NCBI GenBank assembly: GCA_963666565.1
Contig: OY762911.1
Span: 2,496,001-2,560,000, forward strand
DNA: 64,000 bases
Reading direction: 5' to 3'
Origin: Thermoanaerobaculia bacterium
GTDB lineage: Bacteria; Acidobacteriota; Thermoanaerobaculia; Multivoradales; Multivoraceae
Shown: positions 11,201 to 19,223 of the stretch, piece after piece
Layout: every line of letters begins with the position of its first letter
Position numbering within the stretch: position 1 is the stretch's first letter
Made by a program: the position numbers and the translations under genes
The notes under the pieces: generated by a model
Told to the model about the DNA's origin: nothing
The model's database searches: none
What the model saw: the letters and a program-made list of their open reading frames with translations, nothing else

Positions 11201-11766
11201 GCCGCGACCAGCCGGTTCCGGCTCACCAGGGCGACGGCCTGGACGAAGGCGACGTAGAGCGCGAGGGCCGGTAGCGCGTCCAGGATCAGGAAGGCCCATA
11301 CGGAACTCCACAACGCGGGCTCGCCGACGTACCAGCCGAGGCCAATGGCGAGGTAACCGAAGCCCTGGATCAGCATCAGCGCCAGGACCGCGACGCTCAT
11401 CGCCATGAGCAGGGCGCCGGCGAACCGCCCCAGCACCAGTTCGGCGTTCGAGTAGGGCCGGCTGTCCAGGACCTCGATCACGCGGTCGCGCCGGTCCCGG
11501 GCGCGCAGGTCGAAGGCGAGGAAGATGACGCCGATGGCGAGGACGACCGTCTGCCACGACCCCATCTGAGCGAGCAGGTACCTGGGACTGAAGATCGAGA
11601 CGCTCCCCGACCAGCCGGACGCCAGGCCGTGGAAGGCCCAGTAGAAGCCGTACGACACCACGCAGTACAAGAGCGCGGCGCCGGAGAAGAACCAGAACCG
11701 GAACAGGCGGCGGATGGTGCGCATCTCGGCCCGGGCCAGGGTCCATGCCGCGGCGAGTGAAATCAC
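8215..11766 (-). CDS. ABC-2 type permease fused to an M1-aminopeptidase-like extracytoplasmic region and a C-terminal golvesin/CBM-like domain
   Basis: N-terminal TM helices with RDRRDRVIEVLDSRPYSNAELVLGRF. LPYPYRQLSLVEVP resembles M1 peptidases, but no HEXXH is seen. C-terminal GWAVLGDFDL...VAADAVRFV. Confidence 0.75.
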   Translation of the reverse strand: MISLAAAWTLARAEMRTIRRLFRFWFFSGAALLYCVVSYGFYWAFHGLASGWSGSVSIFSPRYLLAQMGSWQTVVLAIGVIFLAFDLRARDRRDRVIEVLDSRPYSNAELVLGRFAGALLMAMSVAVLALMLIQGFGYLAIGLGWYVGEPALWSSVWAFLILDALPALALYVAFVQAVALVSRNRLVAALAGVGLAIGGIWLSVRLPVYALPVLGINGGFTGNISELAPQLWNAENILNRGSLTVLAAGLLGIAVAVHPRLDDARRRAWGLGGGGLCAVGAATLVAMFGGSRGELDMVDGWRDAHRARQEEPAVDVERIRGTVDIGPGGRLDLDLEVRFAPAGGAQALFSLNPGIAVDAVEHGSGGSLPFTHRDGLLEVDLGRAAAGETVDLRLRARGRPDIRFAYLDSTIDLERLSYQDAQVVLLGSLNGVLERRFVSLVPGLAWLPRAGALIGVDDPRKRPRDFFELDLDVGAPSGWTVAGPGKGEPNGDRVRFRPAAAVPEAALIAGVYDRRTTEVDGVEIEVLFDRRHLRNLEFFADAREAIEERAAEHFATAREVGLPYPYRQLSLVEVPWTLRGYGGGWRMDTARAPPGMLLIGENGLPTSRFEFTFRNPERFEDREGGLPRAKALGLENYFANDYTGGNILVGGARNLFLYRTGARGPESLALEALCHNLVNRLVTGGESYFSVHLFDRNMGWTLSNALQDGFSGQFAAGGGSVSSGIVNAITDRPEVWEAVLGSSLTDLRVEEDPRRAVNAIYLKTSALATAILDGAGRERTAAMVANLVRDHAGTTFDAADLDRAAGEAGIDLAGLVGDFLHDTDLPGFVVSAADLVRLADDDQGAPRYETRLSVHNGEPTPGLFRLRYAVRSDAGPRWDSSEPVLVPGLTSVEFGLVTSTPPGLMLASPYLSLNRGEFPVDLPAVDSERIVERAPLRGARPSDWLPDWLDADTEVIVVDDLDSGFSVSDEKAASDGGVRLQGGLTGYFAPSIELDRGLPVYQPFLGAPREWSRYRQPRSWGRYRRTAVVGPAGEGDRRATYSAHLPQAGRWRVEIHVPSLSPLPPGTGEIRREVRIGDDGGGAPSRGGNEGVQVSVNLGLRLGDYDLELENGGSSRSIDFDAASAGPGWAVLGDFDLASGPVSLVLSDRTEGTAVAADAVRFVRLDTGGAADAAPTGGGVAIQ

Positions 11767-12761
11767 GATGCGTCCTCCTCTCGGGAACCCTGGCGGGCGA
11801 CCGCCTCGTCGTCGTCCCAGCAGACGTCGGCGTCGCCGTCGCTCTCGCCGAAGTGGCCGTCCCGCAGCAGATCCTCGGCGCGGCCGCGGGCGAGCATGAA
11901 GGCCAGGTACCCCTCCTCGAGCGTCGGGTCGGAGGCGGGCCGGGCGTTCTCGGGCAGGCGCCCCGGCGCCGCGACGCTGCGGTAGGTCGTCTCGGTGGGG
12001 CCGACCGTGCGCGAGACGATCTCGAAGTCGCCCTGCGGCGGCGGCGCGGAGGCGGGCAAGGTGAGCTCGAACACCTGGCCCTGGGCCCGTTCGAGCAACT
12101 CCCCGGGCGAGCCGCGGAAGACGATCGCGCCGCCGTCGAGCAGGGCGAGATCGTTGCAGCCGGCGCCGAGGTCGGCGACGATGTGGGTGGACAGGACGAT
12201 CGTCCGCTCCTTGCCCAGCGCCGTCATCAACTGGCGGAACCGGATCCGTTCCTCGGGGTCGAGCCCGACGGTCGGCTCGTCGACGATCAGCAGTTGCGGC
12301 CGGTGGATCAGGGCCTGCGCGATGCCGAGCCGGCGCGTCATGCCTCCGGAGAGCTTCTTCACCTTGCGGTGGGCGACCTCGCCCAGCCCGACGCTCTCAA
12401 GGACCGAGTCGACCCGGGCGCGCCGTTCGGCCCGGCCCTTCAGGCCCGAGAGATCGGCCAGCGTGTCCAGCGCCTCCTCCACCCGGTGCAGCCGCCAGGC
12501 GCCGAACTCCTGCGGCAGGTAGCCCAGGTGGGAGCGAACGGCACGGCGCTCCTTGAGCGCGTCGTGGCCGAAGACCGTTACGGCGCCGGCGCTCGGCTGT
12601 AGCAGCGTGCAGAGAATGCGCATCAGCGTGCTCTTGCCGGCGCCGTTCGGGCCCAGCAGACCGAACAGTCCGGCGCCGATCGACAGGTCGACCCCGTCGA
12701 GGGCGACCGTGCCTCCCTTGTAGACGTGCCGGAGGCCCTGCACGTCGACGGTCGTGCTCAC
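11763..12761 (-). CDS. ABC transporter ATP-binding protein (ABC-2/CcmA-like)
   Basis: GPNGAGKST Walker A, LSGGM signature, LLIVDEPT Walker B, STH switch. Confidence 0.96.
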   Translation of the reverse strand: MSTTVDVQGLRHVYKGGTVALDGVDLSIGAGLFGLLGPNGAGKSTLMRILCTLLQPSAGAVTVFGHDALKERRAVRSHLGYLPQEFGAWRLHRVEEALDTLADLSGLKGRAERRARVDSVLESVGLGEVAHRKVKKLSGGMTRRLGIAQALIHRPQLLIVDEPTVGLDPEERIRFRQLMTALGKERTIVLSTHIVADLGAGCNDLALLDGGAIVFRGSPGELLERAQGQVFELTLPASAPPPQGDFEIVSRTVGPTETTYRSVAAPGRLPENARPASDPTLEEGYLAFMLARGRAEDLLRDGHFGESDGDADVCWDDDEAVARQGSREEDAS

Positions 12762-12964
12762 GATGCTTCTCCTCCTCGGATGTCTATACGGTTCTGGGCG
12801 GGACTTGGTTTATGGCTTCGTCGCACGTCTTGCCCGCCGTTTGCCGGTCCGGCGAAACCCGCGCCGGTGGACCGGCGTAAACTGAGCAGTCGTATAGTAT
12901 GTCGCGCAACGCGGGAGCGCTGCGCCCGTCAACATCGTTGGACACCACCACCCGGAGATCCCGA

Positions 12965-14463
12965 ATGATCCGTCCCCAGACTTCCTCCGCGACCCGGCTG
13001 CTGGCCCTCGGCGCGCTCGCCTCGCTGGCGCTTGCCGGCGCCGCCTCAGCGGCCGCGGTCGACCCCGAGCCGATCACCTTCCACGCCGACGTAGCGCCCG
13101 TGCTGCAGCAGGAATGCCAGGTCTGCCACCGCCCGAACGGCGCCAACCTCGGCGGCATGGTCGCGCCGATGGCGTTCACGACCTACGAGGAGACGCGACC
13201 CTGGGCGCGCTCCATCGCCCGTCAGGTCGCCACGCGCGCGATGCCGCCCTGGGACGCCTCGCCGGCCCACAACGGCCAGTTCGCCAACGAGCGCACGCTG
13301 ACTCAGGAGCAGATCGACCTGCTCGTAGCCTGGGCCGAGTCCGGCGCGCCGGCCGGCGATCCGGCGGATGCTCCCGAGCCGGTCGAGTGGCCGAGCAGCG
13401 AAGGCTGGCTGATCGGCGAGCCGGACGTCGTCTTCACGTTCGACGAGCCCTACTTCGTCGAGGACAACGTGGACGACCTCTACATCTACTTCAAGACGAC
13501 GGTCACCGAAGAGATGCTCCCCGAGGACCGCTACGTCAAGGCGATCGAGTACCGGCCCGGCAGCGCCGCAGTGCATCACATCATCATCCCCGGCCTGGGC
13601 GGCATCGCTCCGGGCAACGATCCCGTCATCCATGCGGACGGCCTGGCCGACGTGATCCGCGCCGGCCAGGATCTGACCTGGCAGATGCACTACCACAAGG
13701 AGCCGGGCGCCGGCACTGGCGTCTGGGATCAATCCCAGGTCGCGCTCAGTTCTACGACAGCGAGGACGAGGTCACTCACAAGGTCTTCAACGCAGACCTC
13801 GGCAAGTACGACTTCGCCGTGCCGCCGGGCGCGACGGACTACACGATCCGGACCGACTGGACCTTCCCGGTCGACTCCGAGATCGTCAGCTACCTGCCGC
13901 ACATGCACCTGCGCGGCAAGGCGGCGAAGTACGAGGCCTTCTACCCGGACGGCACCAGCGAGGTTCTGCTGGACGTTCCGAACTACGACTTCAACTGGCA
14001 GACGACCTACCTCTACGAGGAGCGCAAGAAGGTCCCGGCAGGGACGAAGGTCGTGCTGACGACCGTGTTCGACAACTCGGAAGGCAACCCGGCGAATCCG
14101 GATCCGACGGCGACGGTGCGCTGGGGCGAGCCGACGACCGACGAGATGAGCTTCGGCTTCATGGCCTACATCAACGACGCGAACGAGGGCGAGGTCATCT
14201 TCTCGGATGTCGACGACGACGACGGCTTCCAGATCGACCTGACGGCGGTCGTCGCCATGGTCGACTCGAACCGCGATGGCAAGATGCAGCTCGACGAGGC
14301 CCCCGGCATGGTCAAGCAGTACTTCCAGATGATGGACCAGAACCAGGACGGCGCGGTCGACATGGAAGAGGCGCAGGCCGCCAATGCCTACCTCGAGCAG
14401 ATGACCGAGCAGCGCGAGAAGGCCGAGGCCACCGCTGTCGGCGCCGTTGGCGGCGGCGAGTAA
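12965..14463 (+). pseudogene. Secreted cytochrome c / copper type II (PHM-like) monooxygenase-domain protein with EF-hands, split by a 1-bp frameshift near 13748 (pseudogene or sequence error)
   Basis: Frame 1 has a signal peptide, CQVCH, VHH and MHYH. Frame 2 has PHMHLRGK, YDFNWQ, DEM and two EF-hand loops (DSNRDGKMQLDE, DQNQDGAVDMEE). Adding one A to ctc-ag-ttc restores VALKFYD. Confidence 0.8.
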
Positions 14464-14486
14464 CCCCAGGTCCAGTCCGTTCAAGC

Positions 14487-14521
14487 GAACCGCCGGCGCG
14501 CCGCAAGGCCGCCGGCGGTTC
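14487..14521 (+). terminator. GC-rich stem-loop, probable terminator
   Basis: gaaccgccggcg ... cgccggcggttc inverted repeat 24 bp after the stop, between convergent genes; no clear U-tract. Confidence 0.5.
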
Positions 14522-14533
14522 CGCGTTGGAAAC

Positions 14534-14733
14534 GCTGGGTGCGCGGGTCTGACATCCGACCGCCCGAGGACGGGCGCTCGGACTGTGACCCGGCTGGCGC
14601 GGGCACGCGCCAGCCGGGTTCCGACCCGCTGCCGCCGAGGGCGGCCAGAAGAACGGGCCGGCTGGGTGCGCGGGTCTTCTGACCCGCTGCCGCCGCAGGC
14701 GGCCAGAGAAACGGGCCGGCCGAAGGCCGGCGC
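14534..14733. repeat. Two tandem copies of REP-like family A; the first is interrupted by a family B element (14553-14620)
   Basis: gctgggtgcgcgggtct|tccgacccgc split by about 69 bp; intact copy at 14661-14733 with three hairpins. Confidence 0.8.
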
Positions 14734-14757
14734 CTCGCTGCCGGCGGAACGCCCGGC

Positions 14758-16272
14758 TCAGCGCTGTTCCGCCGCCGCCGGCCGAAGCGCGCCCGGCCGC
14801 AACCGCGGCAGGCTCGGGTGGCGCGGCGCGCCGCCCAGGTACGGGTACTCGTCGAAGGCGTCGCCGCCGCCGGTCGCGCGCGGGTCGCCGGTGGCCCGCA
14901 GACGCTCCATCAGCCGCTCGCCCAGTTCGTCCCGGACGGCCTCGTAGTCCGGCTCGCCGACGACGTTCACCTGCTGGTCAGGGTCGCTCCGCAGGTCGTA
15001 GAGCTCGACCGCGGGCCGCTTGCCGAACGCCAGTTCGTAGAGCCGCCGGTGCTCGGCGTCGCGGTCCCGCTGCTCGATCATCCAGGTCTTCGTCGGCCCG
15101 TTGTCCGCGTCGGCGTACCAGGCGCCCGGGTAGGCGGCCCGCTCGTGGTTCGGCGTGCCGTTGGGCCAGCGATCGGGCCGGAAGTTGCGGATGTAGAGGA
15201 AGTCGTGCGTGCGGATCGCCCGGCCGGGATAGCCGCCCACCTCCGGCGCCTCCTGCGCCGGCACGTGCCGTTCCTTGCCGGTCAGCACGAAGTCGCGTCC
15301 GTCGGCCTCGACTGCCGCCTCGACCGCGGTCTCGTCGGCGCCCGCTTCGAGCAGCGCGATCAGGCTGCGCCCGGTCATGGCCGCCGGCCGCGGAAGACCC
15401 GCGGCTTCCAGGAACGTCGGCGCCAGGTCGGTCAGGCTGACGAAGGCGTCGATCTCGACTCCGGCCGCGAGCCGTTCGGGCCAGCGGATCGCCAGCGGCA
15501 CCCGCGACCCGCAGTCGTAGAGGTTGCTTTTGCAGCGCGGGAAGGGCATGCCGTGGTCGCTCGTCATGACGACGATCGTGGTCTCCGCGAGACCCTGTTC
15601 GTCGAGCAGTCGCAACGCGTCGCCGACCAGGGCATCGAACCGCTGCACTTCCCAGAGGTAGTCCGCCACGTCGCCGCGGATGTCCGGGTGATCGGGAAAG
15701 GCGGCGGGAAGCTGGATCGCGTCCAGGTCCATGCCGCTCTCCTCGCCCGACCCGGGCCGGAAAGGCCGGTGCGGGTCGGAGGTACCCAGCCAGAACGCGA
15801 ACGGCTGAGCCTCCCCGAGCCCGGCCAGGAAGGCATCGAAGCTCTCGAACCGCCTCCCGGCGAGTTCCCGGCCCTCCGTTTCGGTGCGGCCCGGTCCCCA
15901 GCCCTTGCCTGTCATGCCCGTCCGGTAGCCGGCCGCCCTGAGCAACTCCTGGTACGTCTCGAATCGGTCGGGGAAGACGCTCCAGAGGTTCGCTGCGCCT
16001 TCGAGCCGCCAGTGCCACTGCCCGGTGAGGATCGCCCCGCGCGACGGCGTGCAGGATGGCGAGGAGACGTAGGCGTGGTGGGCCAGGGCGCCCTCGCGCG
16101 CGATGCGATCGAATGACGGCGTCTTGACGACGGGGTCGCCGTAGGCGGAAGCGTGCGGCCAGCCCCAGTCGTCCGCGATCGCGAACAGGACGTTCGGAGC
16201 GTCGTGCTGGGCCGTTGCCGCGGTGCCGGTGGCGAGCAGAAGAACGGCGAGCAGGCTGAACGGTCGAATCAC
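14758..16272 (-). CDS. Sulfatase (formylglycine-dependent, sulfamidase-like)
   Basis: Signal peptide, PNVLFAIADD, SCTPSRGAILTG (CxPxR), TSDHG, ELYDLRSDPDQ. Confidence 0.95.
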   Translation of the reverse strand: MIRPFSLLAVLLLATGTAATAQHDAPNVLFAIADDWGWPHASAYGDPVVKTPSFDRIAREGALAHHAYVSSPSCTPSRGAILTGQWHWRLEGAANLWSVFPDRFETYQELLRAAGYRTGMTGKGWGPGRTETEGRELAGRRFESFDAFLAGLGEAQPFAFWLGTSDPHRPFRPGSGEESGMDLDAIQLPAAFPDHPDIRGDVADYLWEVQRFDALVGDALRLLDEQGLAETTIVVMTSDHGMPFPRCKSNLYDCGSRVPLAIRWPERLAAGVEIDAFVSLTDLAPTFLEAAGLPRPAAMTGRSLIALLEAGADETAVEAAVEADGRDFVLTGKERHVPAQEAPEVGGYPGRAIRTHDFLYIRNFRPDRWPNGTPNHERAAYPGAWYADADNGPTKTWMIEQRDRDAEHRRLYELAFGKRPAVELYDLRSDPDQQVNVVGEPDYEAVRDELGERLMERLRATGDPRATGGGDAFDEYPYLGGAPRHPSLPRLRPGALRPAAAEQR

Positions 16273-16343
16273 CGCGATCGATCCTAGCGGGCGCTACGGC
16301 GGGCCAGGAGCATGCGCGGCAGAGACTGCGTGCGCCGGGGTGC

Positions 16344-16411
16344 CATCCGTGCGCCCGATGACGGACGCACGGACTGGTTCGCGGGTGGCGCGGTACCGCG
16401 CCACCCGGGTT
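16344..16411. repeat. Family B two-hairpin repeat
   Basis: 68 bp, collinear with 14553-14620; includes the perfect 26-bp palindrome cgggtggcgcggtaccgcgccacccg (16382-16407). Confidence 0.8.
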
Positions 16412-16475
16412 CCCGCCGGCATCCGGCGCGAAAGCGCCGGCCTCTGGACCTCTGCCGAGCTAGAGTCACCTGACG

Positions 16476-17333
16476 ATGCGGCTGGCTGTTCGCAATCTGC
16501 TCGGGCTGTTCGTGCTTTCCGTTCTCTGGCCGGTTCAGGCACTCGCCTTGACCGGCGAGGAGGCCAGGGAGGCCGTCCGCCGTTTCATCGAAGCCTGGAA
16601 CACCCGCGAGCCAGCCGCCTTCGCCGCGACACTCCAGTACCCGCACGTGCGGCCGACCGCGGACTTCGACGGCCGCGTCTTTGCCGACGCCGCGACGTAC
16701 GCTGCGGCCATCGACTTCGACCAGGTGCTGGCGACGGGCTGGGATCGGACCCGTCTCGACTCGGCTGAGGTCGTTCAGGCCGGAGAGGGTCAGGCCCACG
16801 TCGCCGGGCGGTACACGCGGCTGCGCGCCGACGGCTCCGTTATCTGGAGCAACCAGATCACGTACGTTGTGACGGAGATGAACGGCTCGACCGGGATCCA
16901 GGCCCGGCTCGCGGCGGGCCTGGACGACCTGTCGGAGTCGGATCGCGAGGCGAATGCGACGGCCGCCGTTGCCGCGGTCGAGAGCTATCTCGCGGCCTTC
17001 AACGCCCGTGACGAAGCGGCGATGACGGACGCCATGCAGTTTCCCCACGTCCGGGTCGGAGTCGGAAGGGCCCGAGTCTGGGAGTCCGCCGCCGAGTACA
17101 TGGAAGGGTTCGACTTCGACTCGTTCGCCGAGCGGCTCGGCTGGGAGCGCTCCGAAGCGGACTCCATGGAGGCGATCCAGGTCGGCGCCAGGGGCGTGAA
17201 CGTGGCGGTCAGAATCACGCGGTACGGCGCCGGCGGCGCCCCGATCCACAGCTTCGACACGATCTACCTGGTCACGGAACTGGACGGCCAGTGGCGGATC
17301 CGGGCGGGCGCCGGCATCGCGCCTTCGCCCTGA
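16476..17333 (+). CDS. Secreted protein with two tandem NTF2/SnoaL-like domains
   Basis: Signal peptide; internal duplication (FIEAWN..YPHVR..GWDRT..YVVTE versus YLAAFN..FPHVR..GWERS..YLVTE). Confidence 0.75.
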   Translation: MRLAVRNLLGLFVLSVLWPVQALALTGEEAREAVRRFIEAWNTREPAAFAATLQYPHVRPTADFDGRVFADAATYAAAIDFDQVLATGWDRTRLDSAEVVQAGEGQAHVAGRYTRLRADGSVIWSNQITYVVTEMNGSTGIQARLAAGLDDLSESDREANATAAVAAVESYLAAFNARDEAAMTDAMQFPHVRVGVGRARVWESAAEYMEGFDFDSFAERLGWERSEADSMEAIQVGARGVNVAVRITRYGAGGAPIHSFDTIYLVTELDGQWRIRAGAGIAPSP

Positions 17334-17362
17334 CGTCGGCACGCGGCGGTAGAGTCGGGTCG

Positions 17363-17746
17363 ATGAACCCGACGCCTTCTTCGTCCCGACGTGCCGCGGT
17401 CGTCCGGAGTGCCGACGACCCGCCGGCAAACAGGGTCGAACTCGGCACGGGGACGACGACTCAAGTGCTGCTCGGCGCCGCCGACGACGCGCCGCACTTT
17501 GCGATGCGGCGGTTCCGCATGGACGACGGCGGCGGGATGCCGCTGCACACGAACCAGGTCGAGCACGAACAGTACGTGCTGCGCGGGCGGGCGCGCATCG
17601 TGCTGGGCGACGAGACGGTCGAGGTCGGCGCGGACGACGTGCTGCTCATCCCGGCGGGCCTGCCGCACTCCTACGAGGTGATCGAGGCGCCGTTCGAGTT
17701 TCTCTGCCTGGTGCCGAACCGGCCGGACCGGATCGATCTGGTCTGA
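17363..17746 (+). CDS. Cupin domain protein
   Basis: MPLHTNQVEHEQYVLRG and IPAGLPHSY cupin motifs. Confidence 0.9.
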   Translation: MNPTPSSSRRAAVVRSADDPPANRVELGTGTTTQVLLGAADDAPHFAMRRFRMDDGGGMPLHTNQVEHEQYVLRGRARIVLGDETVEVGADDVLLIPAGLPHSYEVIEAPFEFLCLVPNRPDRIDLV

Positions 17747-17750
17747 ACCC

Positions 17751-19223
17751 GTGGCGCTTCGCGCTTGCTTCGCCGCTCTGGCGGTGCTTGCGGTCACCGG
17801 CGTCGCGGCCGCCGGCGACGACGCGCTGCCGCCGGACCTCCGCACGCGTGCGGACGGCATCGACTGGCCGGGCTTTCTCGGACCGAACCGCGACTCGAAG
17901 TCGCCCGAAACCGGCATCCGTACCGACTGGACGAGCGATCCGCCGCCGTTGCTCTGGCACCAGGAGCTCGGCGAGGGGTACGCCGCACCGTCGGTTGCCC
18001 GCGGGCGGCTCTTCTACTTCACGCGCGTCCGCGATCGGGCGCGACTTGTGGCGGTCCGTTCCGATACCGGCGAGGAACTCTGGCGATCAGAGTACTCGAC
18101 AGACTACGAGGACTACTACGGCTACGACGGCGGCCCGCGAACGGCGCCGCTGGTCGATGGGGCGCGCGTCTACTCGGTCGGAGCGGCCGGGGTTCTGCGT
18201 TGCCACCGCGTCCTCGACGGCGCCGTGCTGTGGGAACTGGACACCCACGCGAAGTACGGCGTCCGGCAGAACTTCTTCGGCGTCGCCAGTTCGCCGTGGA
18301 TCGAGGACGACCTGCTGATCGTCGCGGTCGGGGGCAGCCCGGCCGGCGCGCCGAACATCCACAGCGGCCGGGTCGAGCCGAACGGCACGGCGCTCGTGGC
18401 GTTCGACAAGCGGACTGGCGAGGAGCGCTACCGCCTCGGTGACGACCTGGCGAGCTACGCGAGCCCGGTGGTCGTCGACTTCGGCCGCAAGCGCCGGGGT
18501 TTCCATTTCGCCCGTTTCGGCCTCATCCTCTTCGACCCGAAGGACGGCCGGACGATCGACGGCTTCGCTTGGCGCGCGCGCCGGCTGACCAGCGTCAACG
18601 CGGCGAACCCGGTCGTCGTCGGCAACCAGGTGCTGCTGACCGAGTCCTACGAGAAGGGCGCGGTGCTGCTCGAGTACGGCGGCGGTGCAGAGAGCGGCCG
18701 CGGCGGCGCGGATAGCGGTGGCGGCGGCGCGGATAAACGCGACAGCGGCGCGGATAAGGGCGGCGGCGGCCCGGAGAGCGGCGAGAGCGGCTTCCGGCCG
18801 GTCTGGCAGGACGGCCCGCGCAACCAGGCGATCGCCGCGCACTGGAACACGCCCGTTCACCACGAAGGCGTGGTCTACGTTTCGAGCGGCGAGAAGTCGC
18901 CGAACGCGGAGCTGCGGGCCGTCGACTGGGCGACCGGCGAAGTCCGCTGGAGTCAGCCGCGCCTCGCCCGCACTCAGTTGCTCCACGTGGACGGCCACCT
19001 CGTGGTCCACAGCGAGGTAGGCGACCTGCTGCTCGTCCGCGCGAGGCCGGAGAGCTACCAGCAGGTGGGCCACCTCCGCCTGCGCGGCGACGTGGACGGC
19101 CGCACCGTCGACCTCCTGCGCTATCCGGCCTGGGCGGCCCCGGTGCTCGCCCACGGCGTGCTCTACCTGCGCGGGCGCGGCAGGCTGGCCGCGCTGGAAC
19201 TCATCCCGCCGCCGGTGCCGTGA
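17751..19223 (+). CDS. PQQ-binding-like beta-propeller protein
   Basis: Signal peptide, DWPGFLGP, repeated TGEELW/TGEVRW Trp-docking motifs. Confidence 0.88.
   Translation: MALRACFAALAVLAVTGVAAAGDDALPPDLRTRADGIDWPGFLGPNRDSKSPETGIRTDWTSDPPPLLWHQELGEGYAAPSVARGRLFYFTRVRDRARLVAVRSDTGEELWRSEYSTDYEDYYGYDGGPRTAPLVDGARVYSVGAAGVLRCHRVLDGAVLWELDTHAKYGVRQNFFGVASSPWIEDDLLIVAVGGSPAGAPNIHSGRVEPNGTALVAFDKRTGEERYRLGDDLASYASPVVVDFGRKRRGFHFARFGLILFDPKDGRTIDGFAWRARRLTSVNAANPVVVGNQVLLTESYEKGAVLLEYGGGAESGRGGADSGGGGADKRDSGADKGGGGPESGESGFRPVWQDGPRNQAIAAHWNTPVHHEGVVYVSSGEKSPNAELRAVDWATGEVRWSQPRLARTQLLHVDGHLVVHSEVGDLLLVRARPESYQQVGHLRLRGDVDGRTVDLLRYPAWAAPVLAHGVLYLRGRGRLAALELIPPPVP
18681..18785 (+). repeat. In-frame 21-bp tandem repeat x5
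   Basis: Encodes GGAESGR/GGADSGG/GGADKRD/SGADKGG/GGPESGE. Confidence 0.8.

Noticed and set aside
13735-13760. Programmed -1 ribosomal frameshift
   Set aside because: No X XXY YYZ slippery site; a single-base deletion explains it more simply.
14534-14733. Possible CRISPR array
   Set aside because: Only two adjacent units, no unique spacers of regular length and no cas genes; the same sequence is dispersed like a REP.
17751-19223. Calling this gene or 55852..57237 bamB
   Set aside because: No lipobox cysteine, and the DWPxFxGP start fits the expanded PQQ-like propeller families; proximity to bamA alone is not enough.
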